In this document: positions 1-9,809 of the stretch, piece after piece
Layout of the letters: each line of letters begins with the position of its first letter
Position numbering within the stretch: position 1 is the stretch's first letter
NCBI GenBank assembly: GCA_016008875.1
Contig: JADTQG010000014.1
Source: Ectopseudomonas mendocina
Lineage (GTDB): Bacteria; Pseudomonadota; Gammaproteobacteria; Pseudomonadales; Pseudomonadaceae
Reading direction: 5' to 3' (one strand)
DNA length: 32,000 nucleotides
Program-made: the position numbers and the translations under genes
The notes under the pieces: generated by a model
Told to the model about the DNA's origin: nothing
The model's input: only the letters and a program-made list of their open reading frames with translations
The model's database searches: none

Positions 1-102
1 TTCTGGACGCCTGCGCAGGCCGCGCTGCTGCGCGACGAGATTCTCGAGGACGCCGACTGGGCGCCGGTGGTCGACCAACTCAACGTGCGCCTGCACGGCT
101 GA
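1..102 (+). CDS. 3' end of an unidentified CDS (runs off the left edge)
   Basis: Open frame from position 1 ending at TGA 100-102 (FWTPAQAALLRDEILEDADWAPVVDQLNVRLHG*). Third codon positions are strongly G/C, like the confirmed genes here. 33 aa is too short to assign a family. Confidence 0.4.
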   Translation, partial: FWTPAQAALLRDEILEDADWAPVVDQLNVRLHG

Positions 103-127
103 GCTCGCGGGGCAGCGCACCGGCGGC

Positions 128-619
128 TCAGTTAGCCGCCGTCATCTCGCGCCAGGTCAGGAACATGCGCAGGTCGAATTCGATCTGCGCATAGCCCGGC
201 AGCATATGGTCGCAAAGCTTGTAGAAGGCCTTGTTGTGCTCGGCCTCCTTCAGGTGCGCCAGCTCGTGCACCACGATCATTTGCAGAAAGGCCGGCGCGG
301 CGTCGCGAAACAGCGAGGCGACGCGAATCTCCTTCTTGGCCTTGAGCTTGCCGCCCTGCACACGCGAGATCGCCGTGTGCAGCCCCAAGGCGCGATGGGT
401 GAGGTCGAGGCGATTGTCGTAGAGCACCTTGTCGATGGCCGGTGCGTTCTTCAGGTGTTCCTGCTTGAGCGCCATCACGTAGCCGTACAGCGCCTTGTCG
501 CTCTGCACTTCGTGTCGCCCCGGATAACGCTGCGCCAGGTAACCGCCCAGCCGATCATCGGCGATCAGCTGGCGAACCTGCTGCTGCACGGCAACCGGAT
601 AACCCTGTAGATACTTCAA
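128..619 (-). CDS. YgjP-like zinc metallopeptidase (DUF45 / M48-related, HEXXH)
   Basis: 163-aa ORF with HEXXH in MIVVHELAHLKEAEHNKAFY. It is colinear with E. coli YgjP as I remember it (LQGYP, YDN, ALGLHTAxSRVQGGKLKAKxEIRVA). Confidence 0.8.
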   Translation of the reverse strand: MKYLQGYPVAVQQQVRQLIADDRLGGYLAQRYPGRHEVQSDKALYGYVMALKQEHLKNAPAIDKVLYDNRLDLTHRALGLHTAISRVQGGKLKAKKEIRVASLFRDAAPAFLQMIVVHELAHLKEAEHNKAFYKLCDHMLPGYAQIEFDLRMFLTWREMTAAN

Positions 620-667
620 CGATACGATCCCGCTTTCATCTGGACCGTCAGTGTACCGGATGGCGCA

Positions 668-1768
668 TCACTCGCTGGGAACCACACGCAACAGACGCCC
701 CTGCGGGTTGTCGGTGAGCAGGTAGAGGGCGCCGTCCGGCCCACTGCGCACGTCGCGAATGCGCTCGTCCAGCTCTTCGAACAGCGCCTCCTCACCCGCC
801 AGCATGCCGTCACGCACACGAATGCGGCGCACGCTGCGCTCGGCCAGGGTGGCGGCGAACAGATCGCCCTGCCACTCGGGGAACAGCTCGCCGCGATACA
901 GCGTCAGGCTCGACGGCGCCACCGAAGGTGTCCAGTGCAGCAGGGGTGCGGTCAGCCCCGGCAACTCGGTGTAGGGGCTGACCCGCGCGCCGGTGTAATC
1001 AACGCCGAAGGTCGCCAGCGGCCAGCCGTAGTTGTTGCCAGCTTCGATCAGGTTGAGCTCGTCTCCCCCGCGCGGGCCGTGCTCGTGGCTGTACAGGCGG
1101 TCGTGCTCGGCGTCGAAGAAGATACCCTGGACGTTGCGGTGGCCGAGGCTGTAGATCTCCGGCGCGGCCCCTTCTTGCCCCACCAGCGGGTTGTCCTGCG
1201 GCACGCTGCCGTCGCGGTTCAGCCGCACGATCTTGCCCAGGTGATTGGCCGGGTTCTGCGCCTCCTCACGCCAGTCGAAGCCGTCGCCCAGGGTCAGCAC
1301 CAGGGTCTTGTCAGCGAGAAAGGCGATACGCCCGCCATAGTGCGAAGCTCCAGCCTTGAGCGGCTGGGCGGTGAATAGCACCTCGAAGTCATGCAGCTCG
1401 TCGTCCACCAGGCGGGCACGGGCCAGGCGCGTGTTGTTGGCCTCCAGCGAGCCGTGCGCGTAGGTCAGGTACAGCCAGCGGTTGTCGCTGTAGTCCGGGT
1501 CCAGCGCCACTTCCATCAGCCCGGCCTGGGCCGCAATGAACGCCTCGGGCAGGCCCGCGACAGGTTCCGGGTCGACACTGCCGTCGGCCTCGATGATGCG
1601 CAGGCGCCCGACGCGCTCGGTGACCAGCATGCGCCCATCCGGCAGGAAGGCCATCGCCCATGGATTCTCCAGGCCTTCGCTGAAGATCTCGATGCGGTAA
1701 TCCAGCGCCAGCACGGGCGCACTGACGAACAGGGCGCCGAGCAATAGCGCGCGGGTACTTCTCAACAT
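668..1768 (-). CDS. PQQ-dependent soluble sugar (aldose/sorbosone) dehydrogenase, periplasmic
   Basis: ORF track gives 668..1834. I place the start at ATG 1766-1768, which gives a signal peptide (MLRSTRALLLGALFVSAPVLA). Beta-propeller YliI/Asd-type blocks are present: ENPWAMAFLPDGRMLVTER, HYGGRIAF, LGHRNVQG, EHGPRGGDELN, NNYGWP. Confidence 0.8.
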   Translation of the reverse strand: MLRSTRALLLGALFVSAPVLALDYRIEIFSEGLENPWAMAFLPDGRMLVTERVGRLRIIEADGSVDPEPVAGLPEAFIAAQAGLMEVALDPDYSDNRWLYLTYAHGSLEANNTRLARARLVDDELHDFEVLFTAQPLKAGASHYGGRIAFLADKTLVLTLGDGFDWREEAQNPANHLGKIVRLNRDGSVPQDNPLVGQEGAAPEIYSLGHRNVQGIFFDAEHDRLYSHEHGPRGGDELNLIEAGNNYGWPLATFGVDYTGARVSPYTELPGLTAPLLHWTPSVAPSSLTLYRGELFPEWQGDLFAATLAERSVRRIRVRDGMLAGEEALFEELDERIRDVRSGPDGALYLLTDNPQGRLLRVVPSE

Positions 1769-1781
1769 GGGCAACGCCTTG

Positions 1782-2258
1782 TCACAGGGAGTCGGAAGAG
1801 GTCGGGCGCGTCCGGTAGCGCACACGCCGGCCAAGCAGGCCGAACAGCAATGCGCCGACGCTGCCGCAGGCCATTAGCCCGAGCGTGCCGACCGGGCTGC
1901 GATCAGCGGCGATCAGCGTCGGCATCGGGGCCACGACGTTGGCCAGCGCCAATGCCGACCAGATGGCCAGCGCGCCCGCCAGAACGAAGATCAGCCAGCG
2001 CAGCGTCGGCATGCGCCGGGCGAACCAGGTGGCCAGCGGCAGGGCGACGAGAAAGCCCAGCGCACTGAGCAGGATGAAGGTGGGGGCGAAACCGAGCAGG
2101 TCGAGGCACGTGGTGCCAACGCGCACATCCATTGGCACCGGCGCACCCAGAGCCTGCAGGGCGGCAAGGTTGGTCTGAGTCTGGAAGATCGAGGCAAGCA
2201 GCGAAGCCAGCAACACGGCGAGGAGGAAAGCGAGCAACAGGCGCGGCTTGCTGGACAT
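1782..2258 (-). CDS. small integral membrane protein, unknown function (about 4 TM helices)
   Basis: ORF 1782..2306; likely start is ATG 2258 (MSSKPRLLLAFLLAVLLASLL...). The sequence is highly hydrophobic. It ends 13 nt upstream of the PQQ dehydrogenase gene on the same strand. No family recognised. Confidence 0.55.
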   Translation of the reverse strand: MSSKPRLLLAFLLAVLLASLLASIFQTQTNLAALQALGAPVPMDVRVGTTCLDLLGFAPTFILLSALGFLVALPLATWFARRMPTLRWLIFVLAGALAIWSALALANVVAPMPTLIAADRSPVGTLGLMACGSVGALLFGLLGRRVRYRTRPTSSDSL

Positions 2259-2627
2259 GGATGACGGTTCCCGGAACGACAGTGCACGAATTATGGCGCA
2301 CCCCACCGGCCGTTATGCCTTGGGTGTTTTACAGGGTTTTACCTACACCGGGCGCGCCATCCCACACTTCTGGCGGAGCTGCACAGTGGATTAAAAGCGC
2401 CAATGATAATGACTTTATATTGGCGCCAATAAGACGACGTACGGCTATCACGCTTTCGCCCCAGTTGCCGTTATAAAGCGCGCCACGAGCGCACTCGCCG
2501 CCCGTGAAGGCAGCCCTGCCACCCTTCTAGCTCGCGCGTCACCGGCTGGAACGCCAAGTAAGCCGTTACTGACTCCTGGATGAGATGTGCCCCCGACTGA
2601 AGTTTCCTTTTTCAGGAGCTTTTGAAC

Positions 2628-3311
2628 ATGATCGAACTCGCCATGTGGAATCTCAGCGTTCCAGTCGGCGTCCCCGCGACCACCATCGAGACCCGCGTTC
2701 TGGCCGGTGGTTACCAGGATCACTATTTCCAGTCCAAGGAAGGCGCCATCTTCTTCTGGGCACCGGTCAATGGCACCACGACCGAGAGCGCGAAATACCC
2801 CCGCACCGAACTGCGCGAAACCTTCGCCGACGGCCGTCTGCGCAACTGGACCTACCCGGAGGCGGACAATTTCCTGCGTGCGTCGCTTAGCGTCAGCCAG
2901 GTGCCGTCCACCGGCAAGATCGTCATCGGCCAGATCCACGCGCTGAAGAGTTCCGAGCCGCTACTCAAGCTGGAGTACCAGTACAAGACCAAAACCGCCG
3001 ACGGCAATATCGTCGCCAAGGTCCGCGTGACGCCAACGTCGGAGATTCAGGTGGTGAACATCGCCAGCGGCATCCGTCTGAACCAGCCGTTTCGCTACGT
3101 GATCAACCTGAAACCCGACGGCACCCTGGCCATCAGCCTCAACAGCATCAACTGGAACACCCGAGTGGAGCCGACCTGGGCGATCAAACCGCTGTACTTC
3201 AAGGCTGGCGTCTACACCCAGGACAACACCGGGTATGAAACCGAAGCCGGCGCCGCGCGCTTCGATCTGCTCAAGATCGAACACCGCTCGCTGGTGGGTG
3301 CCGCGAACTGA
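2628..3311 (+). CDS. polysaccharide lyase family 7 (alginate lyase), no signal peptide
   Basis: ATG 2628 lies 9 nt after AGGAG (2614-2618); the ORF track starts at TTG 2622. PL7 signature blocks are present: RTELRE, IGQIHA, YFKAGVYTQ. Size and N-terminus (WNLSVPVG) resemble P. aeruginosa PA1167, from memory. Confidence 0.8.
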   Translation: MIELAMWNLSVPVGVPATTIETRVLAGGYQDHYFQSKEGAIFFWAPVNGTTTESAKYPRTELRETFADGRLRNWTYPEADNFLRASLSVSQVPSTGKIVIGQIHALKSSEPLLKLEYQYKTKTADGNIVAKVRVTPTSEIQVVNIASGIRLNQPFRYVINLKPDGTLAISLNSINWNTRVEPTWAIKPLYFKAGVYTQDNTGYETEAGAARFDLLKIEHRSLVGAAN

Positions 3312-3336
3312 CGCAACCTGAACGCACGCCATAAAA

Positions 3337-3370
3337 AAACGCCGCGACTCCGTGAGGAACCGCGGCGTTT
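3337..3370. terminator. bidirectional rho-independent terminator between the PL7 lyase and fba
   Basis: AAACGCCGCG (3337-3346) pairs with CGCGGCGTTT (3361-3370) in a 10-bp stem. An A-run sits upstream and TTT downstream. It lies between convergent stop codons at 3311 and 3389. Confidence 0.65.
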
Positions 3371-3388
3371 GCGTGCAACGCGCCTGGC

Positions 3389-4453
3389 TTAGTTGACCTT
3401 GGCGTTCAGCTCGCCGCTGGCGTAGCGCTGGAACATGCCTTCCAGGGAGATCGGCTTGATCTTGGAGGCATTGCCAGCGGTGCCGAAGGCTTCGTAGCGG
3501 GCGATGCAGATGTCACGCATGGCGACGATGGTCTTGGCGAAGAACTTGCGCGGGTCGAACTCGCTCGGGTGCTCGGCCATCATGCGGCGGATGGCGCCGG
3601 TGGAAGCCAGACGCAGGTCGGTGTCGATGTTGACCTTGCGCACGCCGTGCTTGATGCCTTCGACGATTTCCTCGACCGGCACACCGTAGGTTTCCTTGAT
3701 GTCGCCGCCGAATTCGTTGATCACCTTCAGCCATTCCTGCGGAACGGAGGAGGAACCGTGCATCACCAGGTGGGTGTTGGGGATGCGCTTGTGGATTTCC
3801 TTGATGCGCTCGATGGAGAGCACGTCGCCGGTTGGCGGCTTGGTGAATTTGTAGGCGCCGTGGCTGGTGCCGATGGCGATGGCCAGGGCATCGACCTGAG
3901 TGGCCTTGACGAAGGCCGCGGCTTCTTCCGGATCGGTCAGCAGTTGGCTGTGATCCAGCACGCCTTCGGCGCCGACGCCGTCTTCCTCACCGGCCATGCC
4001 GGTTTCCAGGCTACCCAGGCAGCCCAGCTCGCCTTCCACCGACACGCCACAGGCGTGGGCGAACGCCACGGTCTGCTGGGTCACGCGGACGTTGTAGTCG
4101 TAGTCGGCCGGGGTCTTGCCGTCTTCCTTCAGCGAGCCGTCCATCATGACCGAGGAAAAACCCAGCTGGATCGAGCGCTGGCACACGTCAGGGCTGGTGC
4201 CGTGGTCCTGGTGCATGCACACCGGAATGTGCGGAAATTCTTCGATAGCAGCCAGGATCAGGTGGCGCAGGAACGGCGCACCGGCGTACTTGCGGGCACC
4301 AGCGGAGGCCTGGACGATGACCGGCGAATCGGTCTTGTCGGCGGCTTCCATGATGGCGCGCATCTGCTCGAGGTTGTTGACGTTGAAGGCCGGCACGCCG
4401 TAGCCGAATTCGGCGGCGTGGTCGAGCATCTGGCGCATGCTGATAAGTGCCAT
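3389..4453 (-). CDS. fba: class II fructose-1,6-bisphosphate aldolase
   Basis: ORF 3389..4522; the start is at ATG 4453 ([30 protein letters not shown]), giving 354 aa as in Pseudomonas Fda/Fba. Typical class II blocks are present: [14 protein letters not shown]. Confidence 0.95.
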   Translation of the reverse strand: MALISMRQMLDHAAEFGYGVPAFNVNNLEQMRAIMEAADKTDSPVIVQASAGARKYAGAPFLRHLILAAIEEFPHIPVCMHQDHGTSPDVCQRSIQLGFSSVMMDGSLKEDGKTPADYDYNVRVTQQTVAFAHACGVSVEGELGCLGSLETGMAGEEDGVGAEGVLDHSQLLTDPEEAAAFVKATQVDALAIAIGTSHGAYKFTKPPTGDVLSIERIKEIHKRIPNTHLVMHGSSSVPQEWLKVINEFGGDIKETYGVPVEEIVEGIKHGVRKVNIDTDLRLASTGAIRRMMAEHPSEFDPRKFFAKTIVAMRDICIARYEAFGTAGNASKIKPISLEGMFQRYASGELNAKVN

Positions 4454-4576
4454 GGTGTTTCTGTCTCCCGGTTTGGAGGTCGTTAATCGTGCAAGCCTGC
4501 CGCAGGGGCAGGCGTTGTTCAAGTTTCGTGAAGCTGGGACATGCCCGCCGCTCTCACCTCGGCATCACCGAGGATG

Positions 4577-4903
4577 TTACGGAGCCTTGCAGCCGCGGCC
4601 TATCAGGTCATCGGTGGCCGTCCAGTAGACCAGACCTTCCTCACCCTTGGTGTGGAAGGATAGACGCCCGTCGCTGTACAGCGCGCCGGAGGCGGCCGGT
4701 TCCTGAGTCAGGCGATAGACGATGTCGTCACCGCCCAGGCGCACGTCCACCTGATCGAAGCTGCCATTGGCGAAGCGCCACTGGACTTCGGCCTGGCTGT
4801 CGCACACCCAGCGATTCCACTGATCCGGCGCGGCCGGCTGGTTGCTGCAGGCTGCCAGCAGCAGGGCGATGGCAGCGAGCCCCGCCAGTTTGATCCCGCT
4901 CAA
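4577..4903 (-). CDS. MliC-family lipoprotein (membrane-bound lysozyme inhibitor, C-type lysozyme)
   Basis: 108 aa with a TTG start 6 nt after GAGGAG. Lipobox LLAAC. The core AASGALYSDGRLSFHTKGEEG matches the E. coli MliC block SASGARYTDGxxVFWSKGDEA (memory). The two conserved Cys (VCD ... GCK) are also present. Confidence 0.7.
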   Translation of the reverse strand: MSGIKLAGLAAIALLLAACSNQPAAPDQWNRWVCDSQAEVQWRFANGSFDQVDVRLGGDDIVYRLTQEPAASGALYSDGRLSFHTKGEEGLVYWTATDDLIGRGCKAP

Positions 4904-4916
4904 TTACCTCTCCTCG

Positions 4917-5102
4917 TCAGCAACGCTGTTCCGGCGCCGGGCCAGTAGGCTGGCCGGTGCTTTCCTCGACACGCTGATCATCCTGAGTGGTCGGGGTCTC
5001 GATCTGCGCAGGGCTGAAGACCTCGCAGGCCGCCTCCCGACCACCGCCGGCACAACCGGCCAGCAACATACCAATCACGCTCAATGCGGCTAACTTGTCC
5101 AT
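4917..5102 (-). CDS. small lipoprotein, unknown function (61 aa)
   Basis: ORF 4917..5144; ATG 5100-5102 is preceded by AAGGAG. The N-terminus MDKLAALSVIGMLLAGC has a lipobox. The gene lies between pgk and the MliC-like gene on the same strand. Confidence 0.5.
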   Translation of the reverse strand: MDKLAALSVIGMLLAGCAGGGREAACEVFSPAQIETPTTQDDQRVEESTGQPTGPAPEQRC

Positions 5103-5206
5103 GACACGACTCCTTGTACGATGATCCGGTTTTCTACAGACCACCCGTTCGCGTCAGGGTTTAATCAGCCGGGGCGCTGGGTGACACCCATCATCCTGGC
5201 TCGCCT

Positions 5207-6367
5207 TTATTGTGCGCGCTGCTCCAGCACTTCCACGGCCGGCAGTACCTTGCCCTCGACGAACTCGAGGAACGCACCGCCACCAGTGGAAATGTAGGAA
5301 ATCTTCTCGGCCACGCCGTACTTGTCGATGGCCGCCAGGGTGTCGCCACCGCCAGCGATGGAGAACGCCGGGCTCTCGGCGATGGCCAGGGCCAGGGCCT
5401 TGGTGCCGTTGCCGAACTGGTCGAACTCGAACACGCCGACCGGGCCGTTCCACAGAATGGTCTGCGAGGCCTTGAGCATCTCGGCGAACTGCTTGGCGGT
5501 CTGCGGGCCGATATCGAGGATCATGTCGTCTTCAGCGACGTCCTGAACCGACTTTACGGTGGCTTCGGCGTCTTCGGCGAAGGCCTTGGCCACCACCACA
5601 TCGACCGGCAGCGGTACGCTGACCTTGGCCGCGATGGCCTTGGCGGTGTCGACCAGATCGGCCTCGTACAGCGACTTGCCCACCGGCAGGCCGGCAGCGG
5701 CGAGGAAGGTGTTGGCGATGCCGCCACCGACGATCAGCGAATCGCAGATGTCCGCCAGCGAGTTGAGCACGTCGAGCTTGGTCGACACCTTGGAGCCGGC
5801 GACGATGGCCAGCATCGGCCGGGCCGGCTTGTCCAGGGCCTTGCCCAGGGCGTCCAGCTCGGCAGCCAGCAGCGGGCCGGCGCAGGCGACCTTGGCGAAC
5901 TTGGCCACGCCGTGGGTCGAGCCCTGGGCGCGGTGGGCAGTACCGAAGGCGTCCATCACGAACACGTCGCACAGAGCGGCGTACTGCTGGGCCAGCTCGT
6001 CGGTGTTCTTCTTCTCGCCCTTGTTGAAACGCACGTTCTCCAGCAGCACCAGCTCACCGGCCTTGACCTCGACACCGCCGAGGTAGTCCTTGACCAGCGG
6101 TACTTCGCGGCCGAGGGCCTTGCTCAGGTAGGTGGCGACCGGTGCCAGGCTGTTTTCCTCGCTGTAGACGCCCTCTTCCGGACGGCCCAGGTGCGAGCAG
6201 ACCAGTACGGCCGCGCCTTTTTCCAGCGCCAGCTTGATGGTCGGCAGCGAGGCGAGGATACGCGCGTCGCTCTTGACCACACCGTCCTTCACCGGGACGT
6301 TGAGGTCTTCGCGGATCAACACGCGCTTACCATTGAGGTCGAGGTCGGTCATTTTCAGAACGGTCAT
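5207..6367 (-). CDS. pgk: phosphoglycerate kinase
   Basis: 386 aa with unmistakable Pgk sequence: [31 protein letters not shown]. Confidence 0.97.
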   Translation of the reverse strand: MTVLKMTDLDLNGKRVLIREDLNVPVKDGVVKSDARILASLPTIKLALEKGAAVLVCSHLGRPEEGVYSEENSLAPVATYLSKALGREVPLVKDYLGGVEVKAGELVLLENVRFNKGEKKNTDELAQQYAALCDVFVMDAFGTAHRAQGSTHGVAKFAKVACAGPLLAAELDALGKALDKPARPMLAIVAGSKVSTKLDVLNSLADICDSLIVGGGIANTFLAAAGLPVGKSLYEADLVDTAKAIAAKVSVPLPVDVVVAKAFAEDAEATVKSVQDVAEDDMILDIGPQTAKQFAEMLKASQTILWNGPVGVFEFDQFGNGTKALALAIAESPAFSIAGGGDTLAAIDKYGVAEKISYISTGGGAFLEFVEGKVLPAVEVLEQRAQ

Positions 6368-6378
6368 GGATCAGTCCT

Positions 6379-7428
6379 TTACGGAGCAGGATTGGCTGTT
6401 AATAGGAAATGTTCGGCGACATCGAGCATGCGGTTGGCGAACCCCCACTCGTTGTCGAACCAGGCCAGCAGGTTGACCAGGCGCGGGCCGGACACGCGGG
6501 TCTGGCTGCCGTCGACGATGGCCGAGTGCGGGTCATGGTTGAAGTCGCAGCTGGCATGCGGCAATTCGGTGTAGGCCAGCAGTCCCTTGAGCGGGCCGCT
6601 TTCCGCTGCCAGGCGCAGCACACGGTTGATCTCTTCTGCCGAGGTGTCGCGCGCGGTCTGCAGGGTAATGTCCAGGCAGGAGACGTTGACCGTCGGCACG
6701 CGGATGGCCTTGGCCTGGATGCGCCCGGCCAGCTCTGGCAGCAGGCGCTCGATACCACGGGCCAGCCCGGTGGATACCGGGATCACCGACTGGAAGGCCG
6801 AGCGCGTGCGGCGCAGGTCTTCGTGGTGATAGGCATCGATTACGGGCTGGTCGTTCATCGCCGAGTGGATGGTGGTAATGGAGACGTACTCCAGACCCAC
6901 CACCTCGTCGAGAAGTTTCAACAGCGGCACACCGCAGTTGGTGGTACAGGACGCATTCGACACAAGGCGCTCGCCGCCGCTCAGGCACTGCTGATTGACG
7001 CCAAAGACGACAGTGGCGTCGATATCCGCCTCGCTCGCCATCGGCTGCGACAGCAACACCCGCGGCGCGCCGGCATCGAGGAAACGCTCGGCGTCGGCAC
7101 GCGTGGTGTACTGCCCCGAGCATTCGAGCAGCAGGTCGAGATCCAGCGCCGCCCAGTCGACGGCCTCTGGCTCGCTCTGACGCAGCACCTTCACACAGTC
7201 GCCATTGATGTGCAGGCAATCGCCATCGACCTTCACCTCACCGGGAAAACGCCCGTGGGTGGAGTCGAAGCGGGTCAGGTATTCGATGCTGGCCTGGTCG
7301 GCCAGGTCGTTGAGCGCGACGATTTCCAGGCTCGCGGCATTACCACGCTCGTGCAGCGCGCGCAGCACGCAACGGCCGATACGGCCATAGCCGTTGAGGG
7401 CAACGCGATAGGGGCGATGGCGTGGCAT
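6379..7428 (-). CDS. epd: erythrose-4-phosphate / glyceraldehyde-3-phosphate dehydrogenase family (Epd-type)
   Basis: 349 aa. NGYGRIGR Rossmann N-terminus and SNASCTTNC active-site block. Its position between tkt and pgk matches Pseudomonas epd. Confidence 0.85.
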   Translation of the reverse strand: MPRHRPYRVALNGYGRIGRCVLRALHERGNAASLEIVALNDLADQASIEYLTRFDSTHGRFPGEVKVDGDCLHINGDCVKVLRQSEPEAVDWAALDLDLLLECSGQYTTRADAERFLDAGAPRVLLSQPMASEADIDATVVFGVNQQCLSGGERLVSNASCTTNCGVPLLKLLDEVVGLEYVSITTIHSAMNDQPVIDAYHHEDLRRTRSAFQSVIPVSTGLARGIERLLPELAGRIQAKAIRVPTVNVSCLDITLQTARDTSAEEINRVLRLAAESGPLKGLLAYTELPHASCDFNHDPHSAIVDGSQTRVSGPRLVNLLAWFDNEWGFANRMLDVAEHFLLTANPAP

Positions 7429-7459
7429 AGGCGCTCACAAGGAAAGAGAAACCTGGCCG

Positions 7460-7500
7460 GCGAGCACTGTGCGAGACCAGAGGTTCCGCGCAGTGCTCGC
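7460..7500 (-). terminator. intra-operon stem-loop between tkt and epd (possible attenuator or processing site)
   Basis: GCGAGCACTG (7460-7469) and CAGTGCTCGC (7491-7500) form a perfect 10-bp stem with a 21-nt loop. It lies 16 nt downstream of the tkt stop. There is no U-tract. Confidence 0.3.
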
Positions 7501-7515
7501 TTCCAAGAACGGTGC

Positions 7516-9516
7516 TTAGGCTTCGAGCAGCTCTTCGGCAGTGCCGATGATGTTCTCGACGGTGAAGCCGAAATGCTCGAACAGCTGACCGGCAGGCGCC
7601 GACTCGCCGTAGGTGTCCATGCCGATGATGCGACCTTCGAGGCCGACGTACTTGTACCAGAAGTCCGCGTGGGCGGCTTCGATGGCGATCCGCGCAGTAA
7701 CCTGCAGCGGCAGTACAGACTGCTTGTAGGCGGCGTCCTGCTGGTCGAAGACGTTGGTCGACGGCATCGACACCACGCGCACCTTGCGGCCCTGCTCGCT
7801 CAGCTTGTCGGCGGCCTGAATGGCCAGGCCGACTTCCGAGCCGGTGGCGATCAGGATCAGCTCCGGCTCGCCGGCGCAGTCCTTGAGCACGTAGCCGCCA
7901 CGGCTGATGGCCGCTTCGGTTTCGTGGTCGCGCAGGTTATGCGGCAGGTTCTGGCGCGAGAAGATCAGCGCGCTCGGGCCGTCTTTGCGCTCGACGGCGT
8001 GTTTCCAGGCTACCGCGGCTTCGACGGTATCCGCCGGGCGCCAGGTGTCCAGGTTCGGCGTGGTGCGCAGGCTGGTCAGCTGCTCGACCGGCTGGTGGGT
8101 CGGGCCGTCTTCACCGAGACCGATGGAGTCGTGGGTGAACACGTAGAGCACGCGCTGCTTCATCAGCGCCGACATGCGCACCGCGTTGCGCGCGTATTCC
8201 ATGAACATCAGGAAGGTCGCGCCGTAGGGAATCAGGCCGCCGTGCAGAGCCACGCCGTTCATGATCGCGCTCATGCCGAACTCGCGCACGCCGTAGTACA
8301 TGTAGTTGCCCGAGGCATCCTCGGCGACCACCGGCTTGCAGCCCTTCCACAGGGTCAGGTTGGAACCGGCGAGGTCCGCCGAGCCGCCGAGCAGCTCCGG
8401 CAGCAGCGGGCCAAAGGCGTTCAGGCAGTTCTGGCTGGCCTTGCGGCTGGCGATGGTTTCGCCCTTCTCGGCGACGGCGCGGATGAACTCGCTGGCCTTT
8501 TCGGAGAAATCGGCTGGCAGCTCGCCTGCCATGCGGCGGATGAATTCGTTGGCCAGTTCCGGATGCGCAGCGGAATAAGCAGCGAAGCGCTGGTCCCACT
8601 CGGCTTCGGCCGCCAGGCCGGCTTCCTTGGCATCCCACTCGGCGTAGATGTCTGCCGGGATTTCGAACGGCGCGTGGTTCCAGTTCAGGGCAGCGCGGGT
8701 CAGGGCGATTTCATCGTGGCCCAGAGCGGCGCCGTGGGATTCTTCCTTGCCCTGCTTGTTCGGCGAACCGAAGCCGATGATGGTCTTGCAGCAGATCAGC
8801 GTCGGACGGTCGCTGGACTTGCGCGCGGTGTCGATGGCCATCTTGATTTCGTCGGCATCGTGGCCGTCGACATTGCGGATCACCTGCCAGCCGTAGGCTT
8901 CGAAGCGTGCCGGGGTGTCGTCGGTGAACCAGCCGTGCACTTCGCCGTCGATGGAAATGCCATTGTCGTCGTAGAAGGCGATCAGCTTGCCCAGGCCCAG
9001 GGTGCCGGCCAGCGAGCAGACTTCATGGCTGATGCCTTCCATCATGCAGCCGTCGCCGAGGAACACGTAGGTGTGGTGATCGACGATGTTGTGGCCGTCG
9101 CGGTTGAACTGCGCCGCCATGATCTTTTCCGCCAGGGCGAAGCCCACGGCGTTGGCGATGCCCTGGCCGAGCGGACCGGTGGTGGTCTCGACGCCTGGCG
9201 CATAGCCGAACTCCGGGTGGCCCGGGGTCTTGCTGTGCAGCTGGCGGAAGTTCTTCAGGTCGTCGATCGACAGGTCGTAGCCGGTCAGGTGCAGCAGCGA
9301 ATAGATCAGCATCGAGCCGTGGCCGTTGGACAGCACAAAGCGGTCACGATCGGCGAAGTTCGGGTTGGCCGGGTTGTGCTTCAGATAGTCGCGCCACAGC
9401 ACTTCGGCGATGTCCGCCATGCCCATGGGGGCACCGGGGTGGCCGCTGTTGGCTTTCTGCACAGCATCCATGCTGAGGGCACGAATGGCATTGGCTCGCT
9501 CACGACGGCTGGGCAT
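7516..9516 (-). CDS. tktA: transketolase
   Basis: ORF 7516..9684; the start is ATG 9514-9516, preceded by AGGAG ([37 protein letters not shown]). 666 aa with ThDP motifs throughout. Confidence 0.95.
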   Translation of the reverse strand: MPSRRERANAIRALSMDAVQKANSGHPGAPMGMADIAEVLWRDYLKHNPANPNFADRDRFVLSNGHGSMLIYSLLHLTGYDLSIDDLKNFRQLHSKTPGHPEFGYAPGVETTTGPLGQGIANAVGFALAEKIMAAQFNRDGHNIVDHHTYVFLGDGCMMEGISHEVCSLAGTLGLGKLIAFYDDNGISIDGEVHGWFTDDTPARFEAYGWQVIRNVDGHDADEIKMAIDTARKSSDRPTLICCKTIIGFGSPNKQGKEESHGAALGHDEIALTRAALNWNHAPFEIPADIYAEWDAKEAGLAAEAEWDQRFAAYSAAHPELANEFIRRMAGELPADFSEKASEFIRAVAEKGETIASRKASQNCLNAFGPLLPELLGGSADLAGSNLTLWKGCKPVVAEDASGNYMYYGVREFGMSAIMNGVALHGGLIPYGATFLMFMEYARNAVRMSALMKQRVLYVFTHDSIGLGEDGPTHQPVEQLTSLRTTPNLDTWRPADTVEAAVAWKHAVERKDGPSALIFSRQNLPHNLRDHETEAAISRGGYVLKDCAGEPELILIATGSEVGLAIQAADKLSEQGRKVRVVSMPSTNVFDQQDAAYKQSVLPLQVTARIAIEAAHADFWYKYVGLEGRIIGMDTYGESAPAGQLFEHFGFTVENIIGTAEELLEA

Positions 9517-9743
9517 CGCTGAATCTCCTACGGGGGCTGCTTCTGAATGAAGGGGGGCGAAAAAAGGCGTGTATTTTTGCCCAGCCGGGCCCCGCGGAGC
9601 AATGACAGATGGTCGTAGAGCCAAAATCAGCCCGCCTGTCTCGCTTGAAACACTCTGCGCAAGGCTGTTTGCCAGGCCTATCACCGCCCCGTGCCGGCAT
9701 GACCTCCTGCACTGTGACGCATGGCCTCCAGGCCACCCCCGAA

Positions 9744-9771
9744 ACCAATATCAAAACTTTTTGATATTGGT
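9744..9771. promoter_or_regulatory. perfect 13-2-13 inverted repeat, candidate operator of the adjacent ArsR-family (SahR-like) regulator
   Basis: ACCAATATCAAAA-CT-TTTTGATATTGGT is read directly from the sequence. It lies 9-39 nt upstream of the two candidate start codons of the regulator gene. ArsR/SmtB proteins classically bind 12-2-12 type inverted repeats. Confidence 0.55.
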
Positions 9772-9809
9772 GTTGCTGTATGAAAAATGACCGACTAGAC
9801 TGCGCCACC

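Noticed and set aside
6409-9522. 1037-aa ORF on the plus strand spanning the antisense of epd, the epd-tkt spacer and tkt.
   Set aside because: It is a shadow frame of GC3-rich genes whose minus-strand products are unmistakable Epd and transketolase. Its translation is Arg/Gly/Ala/Val/His/Asp-rich, low-complexity and has no recognisable motif. Long stop-free antisense frames are expected at this GC content.
9517-9743. tkt upstream region, scanned for additional operators or riboswitch-like structure.
   Set aside because: Only trivial short palindromes (for example GGCC-TCCA-GGCC) were found. Nothing stood out beyond the 13-2-13 repeat reported separately.
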